This document shows positions 9,463-18,530 of a DNA stretch of 64,000 nucleotides, in pieces. The stretch's first letter is position 1. Each line of letters starts with the position of its first letter. Under the pieces are notes generated by a model. The model saw nothing but the letters and a program-made list of their open reading frames with translations, searched no databases and was not told the origin of the DNA. The stretch is from the IMG/VR virus record IMGVR_UViG_3300028584_001238; one strand, 5' to 3'. The position numbers and the translations under genes were made by a program. Source of the stretch: a virus.

Positions 9463-9936
9463 TTAATTGTAGTAAAATTCTATCTTATTTTTATTGTAAG
9501 TGTAATCAATGTTGGTCAATTTAAATTTGTATTTTCGAATCAATGCTGCAAAACTTGGAACAAGATCTTGCGACATCGAAATCATCGGTTTTCTAGTGCC
9601 AAGGTATTCAAAAGCCAACTCAAACAATTCAGTAGCCACCCCTTGTTTACGATATTCAGGCAGCACAACAATGTTACAAATTTTCTTTTCGCCATCTGTG
9701 TCTTTCAAAATAAGAATACCGGCAATATTATTTCCATCCATAGCCAGAATAATCTCACGACGAACGTCTTCCATCAAAACTTCAACGAAGATTTTACCAA
9801 ACCAGTCGTCAAAATTAGGGTATTTGATTTCCATCGTCTTGAATACATCAAGAATGGTGTCTTTGAGTTTATAACTTTGAATACCCAATGCACTAGCCAC
9901 TGCTGGTATATTGTTAGACAGAGAAATATACTTCAT
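9463..9936 (-). CDS. GNAT family acetyltransferase
   Basis: motif A VLPEYRKQGVATELF. Confidence 0.85.
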   Translation of the reverse strand: MKYISLSNNIPAVASALGIQSYKLKDTILDVFKTMEIKYPNFDDWFGKIFVEVLMEDVRREIILAMDGNNIAGILILKDTDGEKKICNIVVLPEYRKQGVATELFELAFEYLGTRKPMISMSQDLVPSFAALIRKYKFKLTNIDYTYNKNKIEFYYN

Positions 9937-10196
9937 GCGAAAGCGGTCTTGACGATTTCAAGCATTCTAGCTTCAGATACTTCATCTTGATCAAGACGAT
10001 AAACAGCCCGAGCCACTTTTAAAAGAGCAGCCGTTTCTTTTTCTTTCTCTTTTTTATCATGAAGTTCCAATGCTTGATTCATTAGTCGCTGCATGGCAGT
10101 AGAATCACCATCTTCGGCAATACCAATAAACGAATCTTTGTAATAAACATTGCTGACTTTTTGCATAGGCAAATGTGTGATTTTGATAAGGTTCAT
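9933..10196 (-). CDS. hypothetical protein, paralog of 10228
   Basis: shared KV.N..V.Y.D...G..EDGD. Confidence 0.7.
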   Translation of the reverse strand: MNLIKITHLPMQKVSNVYYKDSFIGIAEDGDSTAMQRLMNQALELHDKKEKEKETAALLKVARAVYRLDQDEVSEARMLEIVKTAFA

Positions 10197-10227
10197 TGAT
10201 AAGCCTCAGTTGAAAGTGGGTAAAAAA

Positions 10228-10512
10228 TTACAAGGTGCATTTTTCAGCAATAAAGCGTTTCAAAATGGACTTGTTATGACCTTTCTGGCCCATTTCATAA
10301 GCAAGGTCGGCCACTTTCTCGCACGCTTCACGAACAATTGCCATAGAGTCTGCTTGTGAAGTTTGACGTGAAATATAGATATCAATGGCTCCATCAATAA
10401 TCATAGCCAGCGTCTCTGTATCACCATCTTCAAAACACCCAACAAGCACATCTCGATACATGACATTATTGGCATTGCCAACTTTTTTAATAGTGATTAC
10501 ACGGTTAGTCAT
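10228..10512 (-). CDS. hypothetical protein, paralog of 9933
   Basis: shared KV.N..V.Y.D...G..EDGD. Confidence 0.7.
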   Translation of the reverse strand: MTNRVITIKKVGNANNVMYRDVLVGCFEDGDTETLAMIIDGAIDIYISRQTSQADSMAIVREACEKVADLAYEMGQKGHNKSILKRFIAEKCTL

Positions 10513-10515
10513 AGA

Positions 10516-10653
10516 TTAATCCTCAAGAGAAGCGTGGCGTTTGCGGCGTTTGTTGCGAAAGCTTTGATCTTGACGATTATGTTTAGCCTTCTCGGTGTCT
10601 TTTTTCTTACCACCCCGAAAACGTTCTGTTGCATCACCAAATGAACCTTGCAT
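10516..10653 (-). CDS. small very basic protein (45 aa)
   Basis: MQGSFGDATERFRGGKKKD...RNKRRKRHASLED; AGGTG RBS and upstream promoter. Confidence 0.6.
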   Translation of the reverse strand: MQGSFGDATERFRGGKKKDTEKAKHNRQDQSFRNKRRKRHASLED

Positions 10654-10723
10654 TTTATTCACCTTTATTGATTGGTTGTTTACGTGTCAATATTATCAAA
10701 TTTAACAATAGTCGTCAACAAAA

Positions 10724-11125
10724 TTATGGAATAATTTCTTCATGAAGTCTGTCAAAATAAGTTAAGAAACCATTTTTTAAAGCGACATCACGTTCTTCAA
10801 TATCCATTTGCTCCCAAACGGCTTTGGGAGTTTGCTCTCTAAAAACAGCACCCATTGCTTTCATATGGGGAGTTAAATTAAAAAGAACACGAGATTTATC
10901 TTGGCTTAAACCACTAACCTGAGAAAATAAATCATCATCAGAGAATGAAGACAGACCATAGCAAATTCGATGCTTAGACCTAACCATAAAGTCTTTACCA
11001 TCAGTCATAATCACTTCTTTATTGAAATGATAAAGAAAGTAATCCTCCTTAAACAATTCGGGATTACGCCATTTATCAATATTCGTCAAATCAATAACCA
11101 TATCACCGACATTAAAATTGTTCAT
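10724..11125 (-). CDS. hypothetical protein, paralog of 11153
   Basis: shared DLTNI.KWR.P and FNLTPH. Confidence 0.75.
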   Translation of the reverse strand: MNNFNVGDMVIDLTNIDKWRNPELFKEDYFLYHFNKEVIMTDGKDFMVRSKHRICYGLSSFSDDDLFSQVSGLSQDKSRVLFNLTPHMKAMGAVFREQTPKAVWEQMDIEERDVALKNGFLTYFDRLHEEIIP

Positions 11126-11152
11126 GTTTTTTACCTTATTTGATTGGTTTGA

Positions 11153-11593
11153 TTAATAAGTAACTTCGTCATGAAGACGATCAAAATAGATTAAGAACGC
11201 ATCTTTTAATGCTTTAATATAAGCAATAGAAGGAGTCATGTAATCAGGACCAGCCTCTGCAAGATGCTCACGGACACTTGCCAGATCTTGCTCTTTAAGT
11301 TGTTCCTTCAAAATAAGACCAATACCATGAAGATGTGGTGTAAGGTTGAATAAGATACGAGTCTTATCTTCACTAAGCCCGCTTACTTTTGAAAAAAGAA
11401 CATCATCAGGCATAAAAAGATTTGAATTAGGTTTTGGATGTGAAGATTTGACGACAAAATGATCATTGTTGGTCATGAATACCCGTTTATTGAAATCGTA
11501 TACAAACAACTCACACTCAAATTTGGCAGGGTCACGCCATTTATTAATATTAGTTAGGTCAGCAACTACGTCATTCAAATTAAAATTAGTCAT
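11153..11593 (-). CDS. hypothetical protein, paralog of 10724
   Basis: start MTNFNL by alignment to paralog. Confidence 0.75.
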   Translation of the reverse strand: MTNFNLNDVVADLTNINKWRDPAKFECELFVYDFNKRVFMTNNDHFVVKSSHPKPNSNLFMPDDVLFSKVSGLSEDKTRILFNLTPHLHGIGLILKEQLKEQDLASVREHLAEAGPDYMTPSIAYIKALKDAFLIYFDRLHDEVTY

Positions 11594-11705
11594 ATTTTTA
11601 AACTCATGGTTGTGATTTAGGATTGTATTATAATACATTTCATGAAAAATAACAATAAAAAAAACCATCCGAAGATGGTCTTTTTGGTAAAAGGATCACT
11701 TTCTA

Positions 11706-12098
11706 TTAGGTCGCAGTCAAAAATTCCATCTGAGCACCAAAAAGAGCTTTGATTTTGCCTTCATAAACATAAATAACTTCTTCAACTGGCAAGACTTCAC
11801 CAAACTGAGCAAAATAAGTCATGGACGTTTCGAGTTCTTTGATACGGTCATTGAGAGCTTTCAAAACAACCATTTTGGCGTAAGCATCGACTTCATCAAT
11901 CACATGGCCTTCTTCGGTAAACAATTCAACAACACTTTCAAGCTTGTCAGTCACAGCATCATTGATATTTTGGTAGGGTTCAGCACGGTCTTGCATCAGA
12001 ACAGCAATTTCACCATTGAAACAAGTGAGTTTAGTGACAACACTGTTAAGTGATTCCACAATAAGATCTTGAGTTTGTTGAGACATTTCTTTAAACAT
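11706..12098 (-). CDS. hypothetical protein
   Basis: GGAG RBS and promoter. Confidence 0.7.
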   Translation of the reverse strand: MFKEMSQQTQDLIVESLNSVVTKLTCFNGEIAVLMQDRAEPYQNINDAVTDKLESVVELFTEEGHVIDEVDAYAKMVVLKALNDRIKELETSMTYFAQFGEVLPVEEVIYVYEGKIKALFGAQMEFLTAT

Positions 12099-12165
12099 TG
12101 TTAAATCTCCAATAGTATGATTGCGAGATTATACCAGTAAAAAATAGTTTATGCAATAAAAATAT

Positions 12166-12597
12166 TTAATTGTGAGGATTTAAAGTAAACTCTGGATTAA
12201 GCCCCATATGCCTCTCATTATTAAGAACATAAGAACGTAAAATGATAGTTCGGTCATGATCTGACCATGTTGTCATCACATGGTGAATCGTATCCGTAAA
12301 AACCATGCGTGGAAAATCTTTATTTAACGCTCCAAAAAAAAGAATTTCACACATTTTTTTCTGAATGGTGTCTTCAATCAGTTTTTTGATATGCCGAGGA
12401 TCAGCGTCTCGATCCATCAAACGATCAAGAAAGTGATCACGAATAGCCACACGAAAACAGAGTTCAGGCGGCATTTGTTGTCTAATTTTTCGATTTAGTT
12501 CTTTCTGCCAATCAGAAAATTCCATTCGTGCATGGGTTCTATTCCGAAATTTCGGTTTGTAGAGTTGAATTTCTTCTTTTTTGAGTTTTGTATTCAT
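12166..12597 (-). CDS. hypothetical protein (HFLDR motif)
   Basis: coupled to upstream ORF; motif recalls small RNase folds but is unverified. Confidence 0.65.
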   Translation of the reverse strand: MNTKLKKEEIQLYKPKFRNRTHARMEFSDWQKELNRKIRQQMPPELCFRVAIRDHFLDRLMDRDADPRHIKKLIEDTIQKKMCEILFFGALNKDFPRMVFTDTIHHVMTTWSDHDRTIILRSYVLNNERHMGLNPEFTLNPHN

Positions 12598-12899
12598 GCC
12601 AAAATAGCCTCAATTTTATCTGACGTATCCAAATGCTTAGTGGTTGTCTTTGAGTAGTTAGATTCCATGATTTCAAGCTGTTCTGGTGTGAGTGCTTCGT
12701 TGATGTTGCACTTAGGGTAGCGACCACCCTCATTGATTTTAACCAACACACCATCCGTCACAATGAATTTAGCCGCTGCATAGACGACATCAGACAATTC
12801 GCCACTGACTTTAAGCAGGCTGGTTGTAGGGTCAGTAACACAAGTGCGATTAAGTGTAGTGGTGTCACGGTTAAAAATAGAAAGATAATGAGTTTTCAT
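12594..12899 (-). CDS. hypothetical protein
   Basis: GAGG RBS. Confidence 0.7.
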   Translation of the reverse strand: MKTHYLSIFNRDTTTLNRTCVTDPTTSLLKVSGELSDVVYAAAKFIVTDGVLVKINEGGRYPKCNINEALTPEQLEIMESNYSKTTTKHLDTSDKIEAILA

Positions 12900-12931
12900 T
12901 TGGGCGTCCTCAAATTATTTAAATAATAATA

Positions 12932-13480
12932 TCACAAAATGGAAAATTCTTCAAGATTAAATTGAGTTCTTGGGCCACTTGTCCACTTACGGGCTTCTTC
13001 ATGCTCATCAAGATTAAGATCCTTATCAAAACCTTGCATAGATAAAGACTGTCTATCCCGATAATGATAGAATGGACGTTTACCAGTAAACATATCAGGT
13101 GAGCCATTGAATGGTTGAACTGTTTTGAAAAAACGAATAATAGTGCCACATTCGTCTAAATCGAAACAATAAATGAACTTATCGAGGTAAAAACAAAACC
13201 CCATACTGACAATGCCAAAGACCATGCCATCTTCGTTTTCTTCTTCATCATGTTCTGCAGCATCAGAATCGCCATAGGTGCTATAGACGAAAATAGTTTT
13301 TCCATCGAGTTCAAAAGTAAAGCAGCCATAAGCACCAACAGGTTTAGCGTCGAAATACGCACACACTTCTTTCATGGGTTCAAAATCAAAGTTAAATTCT
13401 AAACCATTGAGGCGATTATTCTTAAAAGCAGTCACAAAACTGCTAATAATAATATTAATAAGCTGATTATTCGTATTCAT
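12932..13480 (-). CDS. hypothetical acidic protein
   Basis: 182-aa ORF overlapping upstream gene end. Confidence 0.7.
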   Translation of the reverse strand: MNTNNQLINIIISSFVTAFKNNRLNGLEFNFDFEPMKEVCAYFDAKPVGAYGCFTFELDGKTIFVYSTYGDSDAAEHDEEENEDGMVFGIVSMGFCFYLDKFIYCFDLDECGTIIRFFKTVQPFNGSPDMFTGKRPFYHYRDRQSLSMQGFDKDLNLDEHEEARKWTSGPRTQFNLEEFSIL

Positions 13481-13850
13481 AAGGTTTAAATCCTATAGAT
13501 TGCCAGAAATTAGAACTATAACGAGAACCACGACCCACTTTCAAATTATTGGATACTTTCATTTGTTCAACAAGTTCTTTACCAATGCCCCGATTACGAT
13601 AAGAATTGCGAACAAAAATCATCAAGTCATAAAAAGAGGATAGATAGCTGGTTGGCACTCCATCAATGATAAGAACCGCCACACCAACTGGAATATCATC
13701 TTCGTAGTGAAGAAGAACACGAGCTTCCAAGATACCAGAACGAATGTCTTTAAGCACACCAGACAACAGAAAGCCTGAGACATATAGTCTACTACGAAGG
13801 GCAATGTTCGCATTGACTTGCGATTCTGTCCATTCCGTCTTTGGTTGCAT
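13467..13850 (-). CDS. GNAT family acetyltransferase
   Basis: IFVRNSYRNRGIGKELV motif A; NFW near end. Confidence 0.8.
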   Translation of the reverse strand: MQPKTEWTESQVNANIALRSRLYVSGFLLSGVLKDIRSGILEARVLLHYEDDIPVGVAVLIIDGVPTSYLSSFYDLMIFVRNSYRNRGIGKELVEQMKVSNNLKVGRGSRYSSNFWQSIGFKPYEYE

Positions 13851-13950
13851 ATGGATAATCTCTTTAAAAATGATGAGTTATTATACCATAGTCTAAAAAA
13901 TAAGGCAAAAAAAAGACGCTCCAAAGAACGTCATTGACGAATTATATGTA

Positions 13951-14580
13951 TTACAGTTTTGGCATGATTAAATTAATATCACGAGTTTGTTCAAATTCAG
14001 TTAAAATAGCCACAGCACCGGCTGAATTTCGATATGATTTTGAGAAATTATCAATAATTGAATTAACATCATAAGTATCAAACAAATGATTCAAAATGGA
14101 GGCATAAAACTCTGTCAAGAATTCATACATAAGGTTGGCATATTGCAAATACAATTCCCCATCAAACTCGCTCCAAGCCCGAGCATCAAAACCAGAAGGT
14201 ATCATGTGTGGATAAAAGATCATATCCATGCCACGCTCAGAATTATAGCTAATGGTAAAGTAGTAGGTATCTGCTCCTTTTTGGTATTCCAAGGCGTAAT
14301 GTTTGTAACGTCTGAAGGTGTCAAATACAAAACTACTTTTGGTAATGTTATAGGCTTTTAAAAAGTCATTGTAAGAAGCACAATAAAGATAATTAAGAAT
14401 GTCAGCAGGGGGTTTGAAACCATTATTATCCATCTGCAAGTCTCTGAATATCTGAGCGTTATACACCCAGTGGTCAATTCGAATAGCAGGATGTTGAATA
14501 TCATCTAAACTTAAACCTGATTTAATGTTTTTAATGGTTTGTTTGTCGGTAACTAAATTAATCACTATTGAAGACCTCAT
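13951..14580 (-). CDS. hypothetical protein
   Basis: 209-aa ORF; ends NLIMPKL, a possible weak C-terminal motif. Confidence 0.7.
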   Translation of the reverse strand: MRSSIVINLVTDKQTIKNIKSGLSLDDIQHPAIRIDHWVYNAQIFRDLQMDNNGFKPPADILNYLYCASYNDFLKAYNITKSSFVFDTFRRYKHYALEYQKGADTYYFTISYNSERGMDMIFYPHMIPSGFDARAWSEFDGELYLQYANLMYEFLTEFYASILNHLFDTYDVNSIIDNFSKSYRNSAGAVAILTEFEQTRDINLIMPKL

Positions 14581-14671
14581 AATATTTTTTGATTGTCGCT
14601 ATAATAGCATGTTAAAATCAATAAAGCAAAAAAAAGACGCTGTGAAAACGTCTTTTTATGTGACTATTTAT

Positions 14672-15187
14672 TTATTTTTTATCAAATAATTCTAATTGTT
14701 CTGGAGCTTCAACTTCTAATTTTTCAACAGTATCTTCACTAAAAAAAACAGCAACCACCCCAATGGAAAATACGAATAAGGCAAGTGAAGCCAAACAAGA
14801 TATAATATTAATAGGAAGCCATTCCATCCCAAGCTGAAAAGGAACCATGAAGAACATAATTGAGCCAATAGGAAATAATAAGAAACCTATAAAATTAAGT
14901 AACGTTGAATCTTTGATTTCATTTTCTTCCATTTTTGTGAAAACACAAACTAACCAAAGAGATATAATTACCCAACCAATAAATATTTTTCCAAGATGTG
15001 CAAACAAGAAATCTTTAAGTGGTTTAAAAATGTTAATAAAAGAAATTATACTGGCATTAATAGATGCCCAATTGTCCTGAACAACACATAATAATAAAAA
15101 TATTAAATAAAGACCTGCGACAACAAGTGCTATATTGCGTGTGCATGAAAACATAATAGAAACTAAACTTTTTTTAACTTTATCCAT
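14672..15187 (-). CDS. membrane protein (about 4 TM)
   Basis: hydrophobic segments. Confidence 0.7.
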   Translation of the reverse strand: MDKVKKSLVSIMFSCTRNIALVVAGLYLIFLLLCVVQDNWASINASIISFINIFKPLKDFLFAHLGKIFIGWVIISLWLVCVFTKMEENEIKDSTLLNFIGFLLFPIGSIMFFMVPFQLGMEWLPINIISCLASLALFVFSIGVVAVFFSEDTVEKLEVEAPEQLELFDKK

Positions 15188-15312
15188 AACATTGCTACTC
15201 CAATAAGTTGAATATATAATATTATTTATTAAAAAAAAGTCAACAAGTTGAAAACTAATATTTATTTTAAAAATAAAAAAGACGTTCCGAAGAACGTCTT
15301 GTATTTCTGGTA

Positions 15313-16467
15313 TTAATCTTCGTCTACAGGTGCTTCATCATCTGAGTCATCGGTACCAGTGAAGTCACCCAAGTCAACTTGCTCCAAAGACCAGACCTCT
15401 TTCAAACGGTTACGTTCATAGTAATCCAAGTAATCAACTTCTTTACCGCGAGCGGTAGTCATGATGAAAGAGAAATATTGATGACCCAAGTAAGTAGTTG
15501 CCAAGGTTTTGAAATCAACACCTTCATGCTGAGCCAAAATATCTGCAACATCTTTCTTAATACCTTCAATTTCTGCTTTAATCGTATCATTGATGTGATG
15601 GATTTGAGACAAATCAGCGTCTGGTGCATTCAAAGCAACAAATGCAATGTAGTCGTCAATTTTTTCAGACAAAACCAACCGAGCAATGTCACGAATACGG
15701 ACAAAAGTTACCGCATGGTGCAAGTTAACATACCAACGAGTTTTCACTTTAACCATATTACCGTTAGAGAACTGAATAACGTAACCTTCAATACCTTCAA
15801 CAGTGTCCAATGAATGCAACAACTCTTTCAAGTCGAAGCCTTTACCAAACAATGGAGCGTTGACTGGAATATCAAACTCTTTTGCTAATGCTGCGACTTC
15901 ATCGGGCATAAAGTAATCACCAGTAATAGTGTGACGAACATGCAACAAAGTCATTTTTTCTTCATCGTAACGCAAAACGATACGGTTGTTTGGCGAAGTG
16001 TATTCAAAGATAGGTGTAAAATCCAAGGATGCACAATGCTTAATAAAATCTTCGTATTTCTGGTTTGCTTTAACATATGCCAAAGCCGACACAGCCACAT
16101 CTGATTCAAAAGACTTTTTGGATTTTACAAATACTTCACCATGAAAAACACCAGCAGTAATCATGGAACCATCCATCTTATCGAAGACAGCAACCACATC
16201 ATCCCAGTTCAAGTTGTGTGGCAATACTTCTTCACGCTCTGCCAAGTTGAAGAACTTGTGCAAAGGACGGTTAACAATTTTACCATCACGGTCAAAGGTG
16301 ATACCACGGCATTCTTTTTCAAAAGGCGTAGCAAAGGACTCACCGTTGCTGATGTTGTAGCAAAGCACGGTTGCACCGTTAGATTGCTTGTTCACACCGA
16401 TATAGGTTTTACCTGCCAAAGCTGGCAAAATATCATTGATGTGTTCGATTTTTGGAAAAAGGTTCAT
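15313..16467 (-). CDS. rnlA: RNA ligase, T4 Rnl1 family
   Basis: KFFN, motif I KMDGS, FEYTSPNNRIV, EGYV, KVK. Confidence 0.9.
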   Translation of the reverse strand: MNLFPKIEHINDILPALAGKTYIGVNKQSNGATVLCYNISNGESFATPFEKECRGITFDRDGKIVNRPLHKFFNLAEREEVLPHNLNWDDVVAVFDKMDGSMITAGVFHGEVFVKSKKSFESDVAVSALAYVKANQKYEDFIKHCASLDFTPIFEYTSPNNRIVLRYDEEKMTLLHVRHTITGDYFMPDEVAALAKEFDIPVNAPLFGKGFDLKELLHSLDTVEGIEGYVIQFSNGNMVKVKTRWYVNLHHAVTFVRIRDIARLVLSEKIDDYIAFVALNAPDADLSQIHHINDTIKAEIEGIKKDVADILAQHEGVDFKTLATTYLGHQYFSFIMTTARGKEVDYLDYYERNRLKEVWSLEQVDLGDFTGTDDSDDEAPVDED

Positions 16468-16578
16468 GTGCGTGTATCTCCGTTGTTTTCAATTGACTTA
16501 GTATATCAAAATGAGGATTTTAAATCAACCTATTTTTTAAGAAATCCAAATTATCATATTTCAAGAAAATAATCTCCT

Positions 16579-17238
16579 TTAAAACATCATCATTTTAGCT
16601 AATGAAATACGGGTGTTAAATTCATCTGAATTGAAATCATAGGCGGCTGGTATATAGAACTCAGGAACGTAACCAATAATATCATCATTATATTGATATT
16701 GAAGAAATTCAATCAACAAGAGTTCATCATCAATAGGAAGTATATTTTCTTTATTCTTACTAATATCAAATAAAAGTTCAGTTCCAGAATGAGTGTATCC
16801 AGAAACTTTAATTCGTTGTAAATCTAAATTAATGTCAAAGTCAAACCATATAAAAATGTCAAACGAATATTTTAATTTATCAGTAATAATGTCCAAGCCA
16901 TCACTGATGCTGAGGTGTAAAAAGTCATACTTTTTATCGAAATGAAGAGTGCAGTAACGATAAAGATTTTTTTTATCATAAGTTGTAAGATTAATTCTTT
17001 TAAGAATCTCTTGCTGCTGTTCAAACTTTAAACTAATTGTATTATAGTCATTATATTCATAGAGTTCTAATTCAAAAATTTTTATATTAGAAGAATTTGA
17101 AATAATATATTTTGAGTGTTTGAAATGTTCGTTTTCAGTTGAATAATGGAAGTGTGAATCAGTTAGACTCTCCACAATTGATAGTGAAAAGCCTAATTGA
17201 CGCAGTGTTTGTTTAATTTTACAAACATGTTCGTTCAT
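16579..17238 (-). CDS. hypothetical protein with shared C-terminal motif
   Basis: ends ISLAKMMMF. Confidence 0.7.
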   Translation of the reverse strand: MNEHVCKIKQTLRQLGFSLSIVESLTDSHFHYSTENEHFKHSKYIISNSSNIKIFELELYEYNDYNTISLKFEQQQEILKRINLTTYDKKNLYRYCTLHFDKKYDFLHLSISDGLDIITDKLKYSFDIFIWFDFDINLDLQRIKVSGYTHSGTELLFDISKNKENILPIDDELLLIEFLQYQYNDDIIGYVPEFYIPAAYDFNSDEFNTRISLAKMMMF

Positions 17239-17243
17239 AATAA

Positions 17244-17777
17244 TTAAGCGTCTGGTTTAACTTCTGTCGCTGTAATAAAGAGAGTATTATCGTTAGATAA
17301 CTTAACTTTTACTTTTTTGCCCACTTTAATATCGCCAATCCATTGCAGGTTAGTATTTTCTACTACAGAAAGACTGTTAGAAAAATCGCAAGTATCACCA
17401 AGTTTAACAGGGTCATGTGGAGATTCTGAAGCAATGTATTCTTGTTTGTTAAGAACTAACATCAATTTAATATCATCATCTTTGATAGTGGAAGGATAAA
17501 TAGTCGCAGTTATACCAAGATTAACTTTTTGTTTAGCTTCAAGCGTTGAAGTTTCAAATTCATCATTTAATGTAAGAAAGCATGTAGAACTTTTATCTTT
17601 ATCTTCTTGTGCGATTTGAATAGGGATCATTTTACCAATGGGTGTTGTTAACGAAAAAGAAATGGTTCCCTTATCATCTTTAAAATCAAAGTTATATAAT
17701 TTTGGTATTTCATCAACAGCATAAGCGGATATCGAAGCGATCAATAAAGATCCTGCAATAAAAATTTGTTTTAACAT
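17244..17777 (-). CDS. secreted protein, paralog 1 of 3
   Basis: signal peptide; two Cys; C-terminal W.GDI..G. Confidence 0.75.
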   Translation of the reverse strand: MLKQIFIAGSLLIASISAYAVDEIPKLYNFDFKDDKGTISFSLTTPIGKMIPIQIAQEDKDKSSTCFLTLNDEFETSTLEAKQKVNLGITATIYPSTIKDDDIKLMLVLNKQEYIASESPHDPVKLGDTCDFSNSLSVVENTNLQWIGDIKVGKKVKVKLSNDNTLFITATEVKPDA

Positions 17778-17850
17778 TGTAATTCTCCTATAAAGTATAA
17801 ATTATATATTTAAAAAGGAGAATTGCAATCATATTAAAATATGGATTTGA

Positions 17851-18369
17851 TTATTCTGGATAGCCTTCTAAGACTTCCATATAAAGCTCATTGTTATTAG
17901 GAAGTTTGATAGTTTTCTTTTCACCAACATTAATATCACCAGCCCAGTTAACATCAATTAAAGTGGCTACATTATTAGCGATTGTGCATTTATCATTAAT
18001 TTTAATAGCATTTTCAGTTGAAAAATCTTCTTCATATTTAAGCGAGATAATCATATGAAATGTATCTCTAATTTTTGAAATAGTAAAAACAGAAACGAAC
18101 GTATCTGAGTCTGTTGCTGAGTAAATTTCAATAGGCACAGGTGGAGCTAAAGGATCATCAACGTCAATAACACAATTAGAAATCTTATTCTTATCTTTCA
18201 TTGAACCAATACCACCATAGGACATATTACCTACCTCAAGCTCTTCAAATCCTATAATTTTGTTATGTTTGTCAGTAAAGTTAACAGTATAGACAGCATC
18301 GTCTATTTCTGCTGCATGTATTAATCCTGACGCTAACAATACACCAATAGCCAATAATGATTTAAACAT
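17851..18369 (-). CDS. secreted protein, paralog 2 of 3
   Basis: signal peptide; WAGDINVG...NELY. Confidence 0.75.
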   Translation of the reverse strand: MFKSLLAIGVLLASGLIHAAEIDDAVYTVNFTDKHNKIIGFEELEVGNMSYGGIGSMKDKNKISNCVIDVDDPLAPPVPIEIYSATDSDTFVSVFTISKIRDTFHMIISLKYEEDFSTENAIKINDKCTIANNVATLIDVNWAGDINVGEKKTIKLPNNNELYMEVLEGYPE

Positions 18370-18429
18370 AATGAAGTCTCCGAAGTTTACAAGTATTATA
18401 CTCTCTTAACTTAAATATACAATGGACTT

Positions 18430-18530
18430 CTATTTAGATTTAGTTATCTGTAAATATAACTCGTTACCATCAGGAGTCACAATAATTGTAGTTTGTCCAA
18501 TATTAAGGTTGCCAAGCCATTTAATCGTAG
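18430..18530 (-). pseudogene. 3' fragment of IS-interrupted secreted protein
   Basis: translates TIKWLGNLNIGQTTIIVTPDGNELYLQITKSK*, matching the paralog C-termini. Confidence 0.8.

Noticed and set aside
3593-14580. ORFs 3593 (SKMKRC), 6769 (ELMKVR) and 13951 (LIMPKL) as members of the C-terminal tag group
   Set aside because: Met is at -4 but the rest of the pattern or the size fits poorly; left out of the count
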